Part shown: positions 9,869-18,842 of the stretch, piece by piece
Layout of the letters: each line of letters opens with the position of its first letter
Position numbering within the stretch: the first letter of the stretch is position 1
Virus record (IMG/VR): IMGVR_UViG_3300027819_000265
Span: 1-42,085 of that record
Direction: 5' to 3' (one strand)
DNA length: 42,085 nt
DNA from: a virus
Taxonomy: Duplodnaviria > Caudoviricetes
The notes under the pieces: model-generated
The model's database searches: none
Told to the model about the DNA's origin: nothing
What the model saw: only the letters and a program-made list of their open reading frames with translations
Translations under genes and position numbers: made by a program

Positions 9869-10063
9869 ATGAAAGAACTAATAATTAAATGTGACAAATG
9901 CCAAAAACCCGGCGCAAAACCTTATAGATATATCTATGACCGAGAAATGGACTCGTCGGGAAACGGATATAATAATTGTTATAAATATATTGACCTTTGT
10001 TTTCAATGTGTACAAATTTTTGTATTAGAATGTAAAGGTAACTATAAACTTCAAGAAACGTGA
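9869..10063 (+). CDS. Small Cys-rich protein
   Basis: CDKC...DLCFQC. Confidence 0.6.
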   Translation: MKELIIKCDKCQKPGAKPYRYIYDREMDSSGNGYNNCYKYIDLCFQCVQIFVLECKGNYKLQET

Positions 10064-10251
10064 ATAAAATAACAGTTCATTTCCTAAAAGAAAAATCTTC
10101 AGAGATAGATACTGAAAAATATCTGGCGGCGGGTAAAATTTCTCGTTCTATTACTTTAGATAGTCTTCTCTATATGTTAAAAGGAACAAGAAACGAACAT
10201 TTTTTTACAGAAGATGAAAACAACAATCTTGACGCCTGGTTATTAAAGTAA
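10060..10251 (+). CDS. Hypothetical protein
   Basis: GTGA overlap, packing. Confidence 0.5.
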   Translation: MNKITVHFLKEKSSEIDTEKYLAAGKISRSITLDSLLYMLKGTRNEHFFTEDENNNLDAWLLK

Positions 10252-10464
10252 TTGCAAAACATTCTTTTTACTGTTTATTCTCCTAATATAGAATTACAAG
10301 TTCTTTGTTTTGACGGCGCGAAATTCTATCTAAAAAATAGAGAAAGTGAATTTGTAAGATGGTGGTTTGAAAAACATGGTATAAAAAATTTTTTCCTTGA
10401 TTTTGAAACAATTGATAGTAATGTTAGGAGATATGATGTTTTAGACAGAATAATTTATGAATAA
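10252..10464 (+). CDS. Hypothetical protein
   Basis: TTG start abutting upstream stop. Confidence 0.45.
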   Translation: MQNILFTVYSPNIELQVLCFDGAKFYLKNRESEFVRWWFEKHGIKNFFLDFETIDSNVRRYDVLDRIIYE

Positions 10465-10642
10465 AGAAGAACTAAATAAACTAATCTTACGTTTAAGAGA
10501 AGGAATAGTTCTTAAAGCAAGTATGATGGGTGGTATAGGCGGGGTCAAAATAGATCACGATCTAACAGCTACAAAACAATTAATGAAAGACGCTGCTGAT
10601 AAACTTTCCGAATTAAAAAATGAAATTTTGCCCAAATACTGA
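10457..10642 (+). CDS. Hypothetical protein
   Basis: ATGAATAA overlap. Confidence 0.55.
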   Translation: MNKEELNKLILRLREGIVLKASMMGGIGGVKIDHDLTATKQLMKDAADKLSELKNEILPKY

Positions 10643-10841
10643 TTATAGTGATCTTCTAAATTCTTTAGATACAACAATGGGTGAACTAGAAGAACTAGCA
10701 GAACAATATAGAATCTATGGACAACATAAGCAAGAAAAACAAGTTTATGACTTTGTTAACAAATTAGCTAATCAATTTCATAAAATAGACAAATTTAGAC
10801 TAAAAAATGAAGCCAATATGGATAATAGAAAATCTGACTAA
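10620..10841 (+). CDS. Hypothetical protein
   Basis: ORF track, packing. Confidence 0.5.
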   Translation: MKFCPNTDYSDLLNSLDTTMGELEELAEQYRIYGQHKQEKQVYDFVNKLANQFHKIDKFRLKNEANMDNRKSD

Positions 10842-11631
10842 AGAATCTTCTTACACAGAGTTAATTAACGAAGTTAAGAAACAAGGATATGATTTAATAG
10901 AGATTATAGACGACTTTAAGTATTCTTCTTTAGACCGATTAAAAGGAACAAACCAGTGTGTTATAACCAATGGCTCAATAGAGATGGTTAAACATATAAA
11001 CAAACATATTCCAGACTGTTATCCGGGCGCATACTGTAATTTTAATAATTTTCTTTGTTCTAAATATTATTCTTACTTTGGAAATTATCTTTTTAATGAT
11101 AGATATGCTCTTTTAACGCTAAAAGAAATTCAAAGAAACCGTTTCCAAATATATGCTCGTTTTGGAAAAGAAGCTGTTATCTTTATACGGCCAAATTCAA
11201 GGGATAAATTGTTTCAGGCTCAACTGTTAGACTTAATTGATTTAGATAGGTTCTGTGAAACAAACAAACATTTAGAACATGAATTAATGATAGTTTCTAC
11301 TCCTAAGACTATAAGAGGAGAATACAGATTCGTAGTAAGCAAGAGCAGGGAAATCTTAGGTCACTCAACATATAGATTTCAAGATCAAATATGTAAAATC
11401 CACGCCGTTCCAAAAGAAGCTACGATTTTAGTTGAAAAACTTTTAAAAATAGACTATATTCCTGATTCTGTATTCTGTTATGATGTTTGTGATACACCTG
11501 ACGGGGAATTTTATCTTATGGAGTTGACCAGTTTTAGCAGTTGCGGGTTATATTCGACGGATAAATCTAAGATTGTTTCAGAAGTTTCTAAAATAGCAGA
11601 AGAAGATTGGAAGAAAAAATATAATGTATAA
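10807..11631 (+). CDS. ATP-grasp domain protein (R2K/DUF4343-like)
   Basis: IFIRP...KLF, EYRFVV, YDVC, MEL..FSSCGLY. Confidence 0.75.
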   Translation: MKPIWIIENLTKESSYTELINEVKKQGYDLIEIIDDFKYSSLDRLKGTNQCVITNGSIEMVKHINKHIPDCYPGAYCNFNNFLCSKYYSYFGNYLFNDRYALLTLKEIQRNRFQIYARFGKEAVIFIRPNSRDKLFQAQLLDLIDLDRFCETNKHLEHELMIVSTPKTIRGEYRFVVSKSREILGHSTYRFQDQICKIHAVPKEATILVEKLLKIDYIPDSVFCYDVCDTPDGEFYLMELTSFSSCGLYSTDKSKIVSEVSKIAEEDWKKKYNV

Positions 11632-12802
11632 GTGGCCACTAGCAACAGACTCTTTTACCTTTTGCGACAGACTGAGAGTTGCAGCTTTTATCTTAGATAA
11701 AGACAACCAGCTAACAATGGGTCCAAAGGTTAAAGAATTTGAAGACCTAATGACAGAAAAGTATAGCGTAAAAGCATTGGGTGTTTCATCGGGCAGCGCG
11801 GCAAACCAACTTATCTTTGAACTATATAAACAAAAAAATCCTGATAAATTCAAAAACTCATTAGTAATTTGCCCGGTAGTTAGCTGGATTTCTAGTATTA
11901 GTCCAGCATTAATGGCTGGATATGAAATTAAGTTTTGTGATATTAATTTAGAAGATTTTTCTTTTGATGATAACAAATTAGAGCAAATCTTAGAGGAAAA
12001 CAAACATAGAAATTTAATAATCTGGCCGACCGCTTTAATTGGTTTTTGTCCTAACTTTTTAGTATTAAGAGAATTAGCTAAAAAATATAATGCTGAACTT
12101 TGGGGCGATTTCTGCGAAAATCAATTTTCTACTTATAATGGGAAATCTATTTTTTCTCAAGTAGATATATCATCTTTGTCCTGTTATTTTTCTCATGAAA
12201 TTACTTCTATAGAATTTGGATTTGTTTTCTTTAAGAATGAAGAGAATTATGAATATGCTAAAATGCTAAGAAATCACGGTCTAACAAGATCGTTAGATGA
12301 GAATAGTCGTCTAAAATATAAAATAGAGAAAAATTATTACTATATTGATAAACAATTTTTGTTTGGAGTTTTAGGAACAAACCTACGTCCCACGGACCAA
12401 CATGCAATTTGGGGGCTTCAAGATATGAAGAGGGTTGATAAATATAAACAACACAGGAAAGATATTTATCAATATTATTATAATTCAATAGACAGTCTTA
12501 AATATTATTTACCAGAATATCTTCCTAACAATATACAAGAACATATTGCTTTTTGTTTGCCAGTCTTCAGAGAAGATAGCAAAATAAACTTAGTAAAAGA
12601 AAGATTAAATAAAAATGGAATTCAAACTAGACCTTTAATTGGAGGGTGTCTAACACTACAACCTGTTTTTGAAAAATATAACAACGCAACAGATTTTCCC
12701 AATGGGCTATGGGTTCATAATCATGGTTGCTATGTGGGGCTTAATTATAATCTAAGATATAAAGATATTGATAATCTAATAGAACTTTTAGAAGAAATAT
12801 AA
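11624..12802 (+). CDS. colD: DegT/DnrJ-fold PLP enzyme, ColD-like GDP-4-keto-6-deoxymannose 3-dehydratase
   Basis: WPLA, TMGPKVKEFE, SSGSAAN, DFCE, SCYFSHEITSIEFG with His at the usual PLP Lys, LRNHG, NLRPTD; near gmd. Confidence 0.7.
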   Translation: MYKWPLATDSFTFCDRLRVAAFILDKDNQLTMGPKVKEFEDLMTEKYSVKALGVSSGSAANQLIFELYKQKNPDKFKNSLVICPVVSWISSISPALMAGYEIKFCDINLEDFSFDDNKLEQILEENKHRNLIIWPTALIGFCPNFLVLRELAKKYNAELWGDFCENQFSTYNGKSIFSQVDISSLSCYFSHEITSIEFGFVFFKNEENYEYAKMLRNHGLTRSLDENSRLKYKIEKNYYYIDKQFLFGVLGTNLRPTDQHAIWGLQDMKRVDKYKQHRKDIYQYYYNSIDSLKYYLPEYLPNNIQEHIAFCLPVFREDSKINLVKERLNKNGIQTRPLIGGCLTLQPVFEKYNNATDFPNGLWVHNHGCYVGLNYNLRYKDIDNLIELLEEI

Positions 12803-12970
12803 ATGACCTATAAAACCGCCATCATTCAATGGGAATATGAAGATCAACTACCAGAAGATTTAACAGACGAAGATTTTAAGCTTATGTTTACCGCTTCAGA
12901 AGTTGATGGTGTCAGAATATATCCTTATGTTGAAACAGAAAACGGTGAAAAATATTTCCTAATAGTATAA
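12803..12970 (+). CDS. Hypothetical 55-aa protein (below track cutoff)
   Basis: MTYKTAIIQWEYED...YFLIV*, fills gap exactly. Confidence 0.6.
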   Translation: MTYKTAIIQWEYEDQLPEDLTDEDFKLMFTASEVDGVRIYPYVETENGEKYFLIV

Positions 12971-12973
12971 AAT

Positions 12974-14035
12974 ATGAGTAAAAAAATCATAATTAGCGGC
13001 GTCAGCGGCCAAGCAGGGTCGTTTTTTACAGACTATCTTCTTAAAAATACTGACCATGAAATCTATGGAATGGTCCGCCGACTATCTGTAAAAAATCATA
13101 AAAATATAGATCATATTAAGAATAACAGATTTCATTTAATCAGCGGCGATCTTAATGATAATCATTCTATCTATAAAAACATAGAAGAAATTAAACCTGA
13201 TTTCTTTATAAACTGTGCGGCACAGAGCTTTGTTTTTGAAAGCTGGATTACTCCTGCCAACACCTTTGAAGTGGACTGCGTTTCCATTATACATATTCTA
13301 GAGGCAATTAGAAAGATTAAACCAGAATGTAGATTTGTTAATTTTGGGTCGTCCGAGGAGATGGGGGATGTTCAGTTTTCTCCACAACATGAAAAACATC
13401 CGGCAAGAGCTAGATCAATTTACGGAGCGGCAAAAATTGCCGCCAGACAAATAATTAAAGTATATCGTGAAAGCTATGGAATGTATTGTATCCAGCCGTG
13501 GTGTTATAATTATGAAAGTTACCGACGTGGCGAAGAATTTGTTACCAAAAAAATAACAAAAGGAGTTGCTAGGATATATCATGCTATTAAAAATAATCAA
13601 CCCTTTGAATCTATAAATTTAGGAGAACTATCAAGTCGGCGTGATTGGTCACATTGCGAAGATATAGTTGATGGCGTTTGGAAAATGATTAATCAGGAAA
13701 AAAGTATTAACGAATATATTCTTTCAAGCGGAGAAACCCATTCTATTAAGCAGTTCTGTGAATATGCTTTTAATAAAGCTAATATAGAAGGAGTTTGGAC
13801 AGGAGAAGGATTAAATGAAAAATACGTTCTTCCAAATTATCTTTTAGAAGAGAATATTCCTAAATCACAAGTATTAGTATCAGTTAATCCTAAATTTTTC
13901 CGTCCCGCAGATGTTTTACTACTTCAAGGAGATTCTTCTTTAGCTAGAAAAGAGTTAAATTGGCAGCCAAAACATACTTTTGACGATCTTGTTTCAGAAA
14001 TGGTCAAATGGGATATTGATAATTATGTTTTCTAA
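12974..14035 (+). CDS. gmd: GDP-mannose 4,6-dehydratase
   Basis: SGVSGQAGS, AAQSFV..SW, SSEE.G, RSIYGAAK, ES.RRGEEFVTKKIT, RDW, FRPADV.LL.GD. Confidence 0.93.
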   Translation: MSKKIIISGVSGQAGSFFTDYLLKNTDHEIYGMVRRLSVKNHKNIDHIKNNRFHLISGDLNDNHSIYKNIEEIKPDFFINCAAQSFVFESWITPANTFEVDCVSIIHILEAIRKIKPECRFVNFGSSEEMGDVQFSPQHEKHPARARSIYGAAKIAARQIIKVYRESYGMYCIQPWCYNYESYRRGEEFVTKKITKGVARIYHAIKNNQPFESINLGELSSRRDWSHCEDIVDGVWKMINQEKSINEYILSSGETHSIKQFCEYAFNKANIEGVWTGEGLNEKYVLPNYLLEENIPKSQVLVSVNPKFFRPADVLLLQGDSSLARKELNWQPKHTFDDLVSEMVKWDIDNYVF

Positions 14036-14261
14036 TTTTCTTTCTTATCTTAAATCTTTATATCGTCAAAGATGGAAGCTTAGAGACAACTATCTTTATC
14101 TTCCACCTTTAGAAATTGGTTATGATACAAATTTGAAATATAAAAATGAAATTATATTCTTTGGTTTTACCAGAGAAAAATATTTTTCTTACAGACTTAA
14201 TTGTTATATTGTGTGCTATAAACTGTGTTTGTGGCCATTTTATATCTTTATAGAATTATGA
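14025..14261 (+). CDS. Hypothetical protein
   Basis: ATG 14025 overlapping gmd end. Confidence 0.45.
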   Translation: MFSNFLSYLKSLYRQRWKLRDNYLYLPPLEIGYDTNLKYKNEIIFFGFTREKYFSYRLNCYIVCYKLCLWPFYIFIEL

Positions 14262-14590
14262 GCAGAAAGATAAAATTCAGAGTTTGGAATTTGAAAGATA
14301 AAGAATTTCATAATCCAGCTATTTTAGAAGTTTGGGGTAATCCAATTGAAAACTACATTATTCAACAATTCACAGGCTTACTTGATAAAAACGGTAAAGA
14401 AATATATGAAGGAGATATTGTGTGCGGATTTGATTTCATAGCAGAAGTAATTTGGGAAACAGAAGACTCTGCTTTTCAAATAAGAAGAATAGATAAAACT
14501 CACGGCGGCGCATTTCTAAACACAATGTATATGCAAAATTTTGAAGTAATAGGTAACATCTTTCATAATCCTGAACTAATAAACAAATAA
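14258..14590 (+). CDS. YopX family protein
   Basis: IKFRVW...QFTGLLDKNGKEIYEGDI...EVIGNIFHNPEL. Confidence 0.9.
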   Translation: MSRKIKFRVWNLKDKEFHNPAILEVWGNPIENYIIQQFTGLLDKNGKEIYEGDIVCGFDFIAEVIWETEDSAFQIRRIDKTHGGAFLNTMYMQNFEVIGNIFHNPELINK

Positions 14591-14596
14591 AACAAC

Positions 14597-14923
14597 ATGT
14601 TAATTAAAACTGAAAAACAAATCTATAACGATGACAGATGCAAGGAGATTATCACTAAAATCGGTCCTGACGTACTAAAGATTTTTCAAGAACTGAAAAC
14701 AGAACTAGGAGGAAAATTACCCGCCGAATTATCTTATGGGATTGTTGCAGGATTTTTAAGGGGAAAAGGATATTCCTGGGAAGAGTGTTTTATTGGTATG
14801 GAAAGATTCATATCGGTTACAAATCAACTTTTAGGAGAACCAAACCCTCCAGTTCAAGCAGTTTTTTCAATTATGGGAAAAGAAGACGGCGGAGTAAAGC
14901 TAGATTTCAAAGAAATAAAATAA
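14597..14923 (+). CDS. Hypothetical protein
   Basis: ORF track. Confidence 0.6.
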   Translation: MLIKTEKQIYNDDRCKEIITKIGPDVLKIFQELKTELGGKLPAELSYGIVAGFLRGKGYSWEECFIGMERFISVTNQLLGEPNPPVQAVFSIMGKEDGGVKLDFKEIK

Positions 14924-14926
14924 AAT

Positions 14927-16102
14927 ATGGCTAAAAAAGACAAAGAACTAGATAACAATGTAAAACCAGAGGAGATAAGTAAGAATCTATTAAACTCTCT
15001 TCTGGGCGGATATAAAGATTCTCATTATAACTTCATAGAAACCGCCCCGCAAACTAACATTAGTTCTGGGTCGTTAATCTTAGATAGTTATATCAATGTA
15101 AAAAGCGGTTCCACGATTAGAATTGGCGGCGGACAAGCCGAGTCAGGAAAATCTTCTCAGTGTTTATTGTTTGCCGCTAATTATATGAAGATAATGCCTA
15201 AAAGTAAAACCTTTTTGGTTAACTCTGAAGCGCGTCTTTCCAGCGAGTTACAAAAGAGGAGCGGTCTTAAGTTTGTAACGGATTCAAACGAATGGGACTA
15301 TGGAACGGTGTTTGTATATCATTCAAACATAATGGAAGCATCCTGTCGAACAATTGAGTCATTGCTAAAATCAATGTTTGAACAGGGCGAACATTTGTGT
15401 GTTATCATTGACAGTATTGACATGATGACATTAAAGCAGAATATGGAGGAAAAAGAATTTGGCGAGCCTACAAAAATCGCCGGGGTTCAATTTCTAACCA
15501 AAGAAATCTTTCGGCGAATTGGACACCCAATTAATAGATATAATGCCCTTCTACTCATTACTTCTCAGTATTCTAGCTCTATAAGTCTTGATCCTTATTC
15601 TAAGGAACCGCCTAAGTTAATGCAGGGCACTTCTGCCAACGCTCTAAATCACCAGAGCGATTATGCTATCTACTACCGTCCAAGATACCAAGGGGACTTT
15701 ATCCTTGAAGACCCTGACGAAAAACCCGATAGAATCAAAAATAAGATAGTAGGAGTGTTTGCTACCGTAGAAATAAAGAAATCGGCTACGGATGTTACCG
15801 GAACGGTTCTTAAGATTCCAATTAAGAGAGGTAAAATAGGAAACCAAATTTGGGTTTCCAAAGAAGTTGGAGATATGATTTTAGGATATGGTTTAGCCAA
15901 AAAGGAAAAAAGCACCTTTGTTTTCAGTGAAACTGTCCTTTCTCAAGTAGCAGAAGAAAATCTTTCCAGACCTAAAGACCAAAAAATGGAACTAAAAGAC
16001 AGAATCGTGGGACTAAATAACTTTTATAATTACTTAGAAGAAAATGAACCAATCTGTAACTGGTTTTATAAGAAGTTTACAGATATAAAAAACACAGAAT
16101 AA
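14927..16102 (+). CDS. recA: RecA/UvsX-like recombinase
   Basis: ISSGSLILD, Walker A AESGKS, NSEAR, Walker B VIIDSID, ITSQ. Confidence 0.8.
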   Translation: MAKKDKELDNNVKPEEISKNLLNSLLGGYKDSHYNFIETAPQTNISSGSLILDSYINVKSGSTIRIGGGQAESGKSSQCLLFAANYMKIMPKSKTFLVNSEARLSSELQKRSGLKFVTDSNEWDYGTVFVYHSNIMEASCRTIESLLKSMFEQGEHLCVIIDSIDMMTLKQNMEEKEFGEPTKIAGVQFLTKEIFRRIGHPINRYNALLLITSQYSSSISLDPYSKEPPKLMQGTSANALNHQSDYAIYYRPRYQGDFILEDPDEKPDRIKNKIVGVFATVEIKKSATDVTGTVLKIPIKRGKIGNQIWVSKEVGDMILGYGLAKKEKSTFVFSETVLSQVAEENLSRPKDQKMELKDRIVGLNNFYNYLEENEPICNWFYKKFTDIKNTE

Positions 16103-16129
16103 AATAAAAAGAGCCGTCAAAAACGGCTC
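16102..16129 (-). terminator. Rho-independent terminator for the minus-strand 115-aa gene
   Basis: GAGCCGT(16111-17)/ACGGCTC(16123-29) stem, followed on minus strand by TTTTTATTTT. Confidence 0.75.
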
Positions 16130-16157
16130 CAACTACTTGATTTAGACTAGCTTAGAA

Positions 16158-16505
16158 TTAACTACGTAAATAAGCGGGTACGGCATACAGTTGACCGCTA
16201 GGGCCAGTAAATGGAATCCAAACATTAGGTTCGCCCATAATAGTAGGAATAGTATAGGTTCCAGTTGTACCATAAATATGTCCAGTAGCAAGAGCAACGG
16301 TATTAGTCGGAAAACTAACGGTTCCAGTGGCGGTTATCTGTGCGTTAGCTAAAACAGTTGGTTGAAAGGTACTGGCGACGGTATCAACACCAGCAGAATC
16401 AACAAATCGTAAAATACCGCTTGAATTAACATAATATGAAACAACGCCCGCGCCTGGGGTAGCAACAGCGGAACTTTGAGTTCTGAAATCAGCACATTTA
16501 GCCAT
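16158..16505 (-). CDS. Putative virion structural/decoration protein (Thr/Ala/Gly/Val-rich)
   Basis: AAAAGGAAAAAAAT leader, own terminator, small-residue beta-type composition unlike neighbours. Confidence 0.55.
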   Translation of the reverse strand: MAKCADFRTQSSAVATPGAGVVSYYVNSSGILRFVDSAGVDTVASTFQPTVLANAQITATGTVSFPTNTVALATGHIYGTTGTYTIPTIMGEPNVWIPFTGPSGQLYAVPAYLRS

Positions 16506-16607
16506 ATTTTTTTCCTTTTTTAATCTTAAAGTCTATACTAAATCATTAGTCATTTGTTATTACATTATGTTTCTGTTATTGTGAAATTATTTTTTTAACA
16601 CTTTTTT

Positions 16608-16838
16608 ATGAAATTAAAACAAAAACAAAAATGTTTTCTTAAAGAAGAAACAATAATAAAAATTATAAAAAACTATTTTTTAGCAGAATATAATTTACTA
16701 TTAGAAGATGTAGAACAGTATCATTATGGAAGATTTGTTGGTTACGAATTAATAGCTAAAAATCGCAAAGAATGGGTAAAGTCAGAATTTTGTGAAGAAT
16801 TGGAAGAAAAAAATCCTTATAATCCTTTTGGAAGATAA
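16608..16838 (+). CDS. Hypothetical protein
   Basis: ORF track. Confidence 0.55.
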   Translation: MKLKQKQKCFLKEETIIKIIKNYFLAEYNLLLEDVEQYHYGRFVGYELIAKNRKEWVKSEFCEELEEKNPYNPFGR

Positions 16839-16840
16839 AA

Positions 16841-17773
16841 ATGCTAAAAATAGGTACAACATTTTCAGGAATCGGCGCACCCGAACAAGCATTAAAAAAT
16901 CTAAAAATTCCTCATATCGTAAAATGGGCTTGCGATAACGATAAATATTGTAAACAAACTTATTTTGCTAATCATAGTTGTGAAAAATGGTATGATGATA
17001 TTACAACAATAAATATTGATGAATTAGAATATGTTGATTTATATGTTTTTGGTTTTCCCTGTCAGGACTGTTCTATTAATGGTAAGAAAGATTTGAACAG
17101 TGGAAGAACAATTCTGGTAGAATATTCTCTTAGGATTATTGAAAAAATTAAACCTAAATATTTTATTTTTGAAAATGTTAAAGGTCTTTTAAGTAAGAAG
17201 TTTAGTTTATTTTTTAATTCTATTATAGAAAATCTTTCTCAAAATTATAATTTACAATACAAAATATTAAATAGTAAAAACTTTGAGGTTCCACAGTCAA
17301 GAGAAAGGGTTTTTTGCATTGGTATTAGAAAAGACATTGAACAAAATTTTAATTTTCCGGTCGGAAAAGAGACCTGTCTTAGATTACAAGATATAATTGA
17401 ACATCAAGACAGTAATTTACCAGAAAATCATAAGTTTTATACCTATCCTTTTAGAAAAACTAAAAATTATAGACAGTATGATAGAAGCGGTAAAGGATAT
17501 TCTGGACAACCAGACAGAGTATATTATCCATATTCTTTTTCACCAACTCTTCCTGCGTTTGGAAACGGGATTCCTTTAATATTATTACCAAATGATAAAA
17601 TAAGATATTTAACCACTTTAGAACGAAAAAGATTGCAAAGTTTTCCTGATGACTTTATTTTTCCTGTCAAAGACGGTTTAGCATGGAAACAATTAGGTAA
17701 TACTATAACTGTTAATGTTTTAGAAGCTATATTCAAACAATTATTCAAAGAAGAACATCTTGAGATTCTATAA
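16841..17773 (+). CDS. DNA (cytosine-5)-methyltransferase
   Basis: FSGIG, GFPCQ, FENV, PQSRER, LT..ER.RLQSFPD, KQLGN. Confidence 0.95.
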   Translation: MLKIGTTFSGIGAPEQALKNLKIPHIVKWACDNDKYCKQTYFANHSCEKWYDDITTINIDELEYVDLYVFGFPCQDCSINGKKDLNSGRTILVEYSLRIIEKIKPKYFIFENVKGLLSKKFSLFFNSIIENLSQNYNLQYKILNSKNFEVPQSRERVFCIGIRKDIEQNFNFPVGKETCLRLQDIIEHQDSNLPENHKFYTYPFRKTKNYRQYDRSGKGYSGQPDRVYYPYSFSPTLPAFGNGIPLILLPNDKIRYLTTLERKRLQSFPDDFIFPVKDGLAWKQLGNTITVNVLEAIFKQLFKEEHLEIL

Positions 17774-18185
17774 ACTAGGAAGCGATAAGCAAGTTTTTGT
17801 CAATATCCGACCATATCTTATAGATTGGAATAAGAAATCTGCATCAAATTTTCAAACCAATGTTAAAAAATTCTTGCAAAAGTTTTGGTCTGGACATATA
17901 GTATGTGAAGAAATGAGAATTCCGGGGAGCTTGTTAAGATGTGATTTGGTCAATTTAACCAAGAAAATATGTATTGAATCATCGGGCGGACAGCATTTTG
18001 CTTATAATCCCTTTTTTCACGGACAATCTAGAATGGGTAATTATCTTAAATCTATTAAATACGATATGGCCAAACTTCATTGGATGGAGAAAAACGGCTT
18101 CAAATGCGCGGAAATCTTAGAAGAAGATGTTCCTAATCTGTCTGTTAAGTTTTTTAAGGAGAGGTTTGATATAGATATTATCTAA
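17760..18185 (+). CDS. PD-(D/E)XK-type nuclease (Vsr/DUF559-like)
   Basis: EE..IP...CDL.N....IE..G.QH...PFFH, D..K..W.E.NG. Confidence 0.6.
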   Translation: MRFYKLGSDKQVFVNIRPYLIDWNKKSASNFQTNVKKFLQKFWSGHIVCEEMRIPGSLLRCDLVNLTKKICIESSGGQHFAYNPFFHGQSRMGNYLKSIKYDMAKLHWMEKNGFKCAEILEEDVPNLSVKFFKERFDIDII

Positions 18186-18187
18186 AA

Positions 18188-18463
18188 ATGAGACATTCTC
18201 CAAAAGCTATCGAACGGATAAAGAAAATCGCAAGTATGTCTAGTAAAGATGCTATCAAATTTTTAAGGACTGAACGTAATATACCGCCAATAACAGACGA
18301 ATATCAACCAGCAATCTATAAAGGAATAGAAGGATTTGCCAGAAAATATTACTATGTATCAGACTATAAAGACGAAGAATGTGTTCGATTTAGGTTTTTT
18401 GATCAAGAAAGAAAAGAATGGATAAATTATTTCTGTGATGAAGAAAATGTTAAGATTGTATAG
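18188..18463 (+). CDS. Hypothetical protein
   Basis: ORF track. Confidence 0.55.
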   Translation: MRHSPKAIERIKKIASMSSKDAIKFLRTERNIPPITDEYQPAIYKGIEGFARKYYYVSDYKDEECVRFRFFDQERKEWINYFCDEENVKIV

Positions 18464-18469
18464 TTTGAC

Positions 18470-18535
18470 TGTAAAATCGTTACAATTCTTGTAAAATCAT
18501 TAGAAACATGGTGTTTAATAAAAAAATCATTACAA
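18470..18535. repeat. Three imperfect direct repeats AAAATC(A/G)TTA(C/G)AA, possible operator
   Basis: TGTAAAATCGTTACAA 18470, TGTAAAATCATTAGAA 18490, AAAAAATCATTACAA 18521; first copy is TGTAA-N5-TTACA. Confidence 0.45.
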
Positions 18536-18536
18536 A

Positions 18537-18839
18537 ATGAATAACTCAATTAAAGAAATTTACGAACTAATAGAAAAAAAGAATATTCTTAATTTAATGC
18601 CAGATTACTGCGGCAGTTGTCCATGTGGGAATGTTTTACTTGGAGAAATTAATATAAATATGCACTGTTGGAGGACTTCTTTTGAAAATTGTAACTGTAA
18701 ATACTCTGGTTTGCATATATCATCACAAGACTATGAATGTAAATATAAGCGTAAAGATTTATTGAAAATAGGAAAATTATGCTTAAAACAAATAAGCCAG
18801 TTCTGGCACACAGAATTTGAATTAGTAATAGAAGATTAA
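18537..18839 (+). CDS. Hypothetical Cys-rich protein
   Basis: ORF track. Confidence 0.5.
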   Translation: MNNSIKEIYELIEKKNILNLMPDYCGSCPCGNVLLGEININMHCWRTSFENCNCKYSGLHISSQDYECKYKRKDLLKIGKLCLKQISQFWHTEFELVIED

Positions 18840-18842
18840 AAT

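Noticed and set aside
1-14035. Bacterial O-antigen locus (cellular origin)
   Set aside because: Interspersed with phage micro-ORFs, no wzx/wzy/ABC transporter, continuous with terminase-bearing sequence of the same composition
16841-18185. Type II restriction-modification system
   Set aside because: Nuclease is short and Vsr/DUF559-like, more typical of phage recombination modules; orphan MTase more likely
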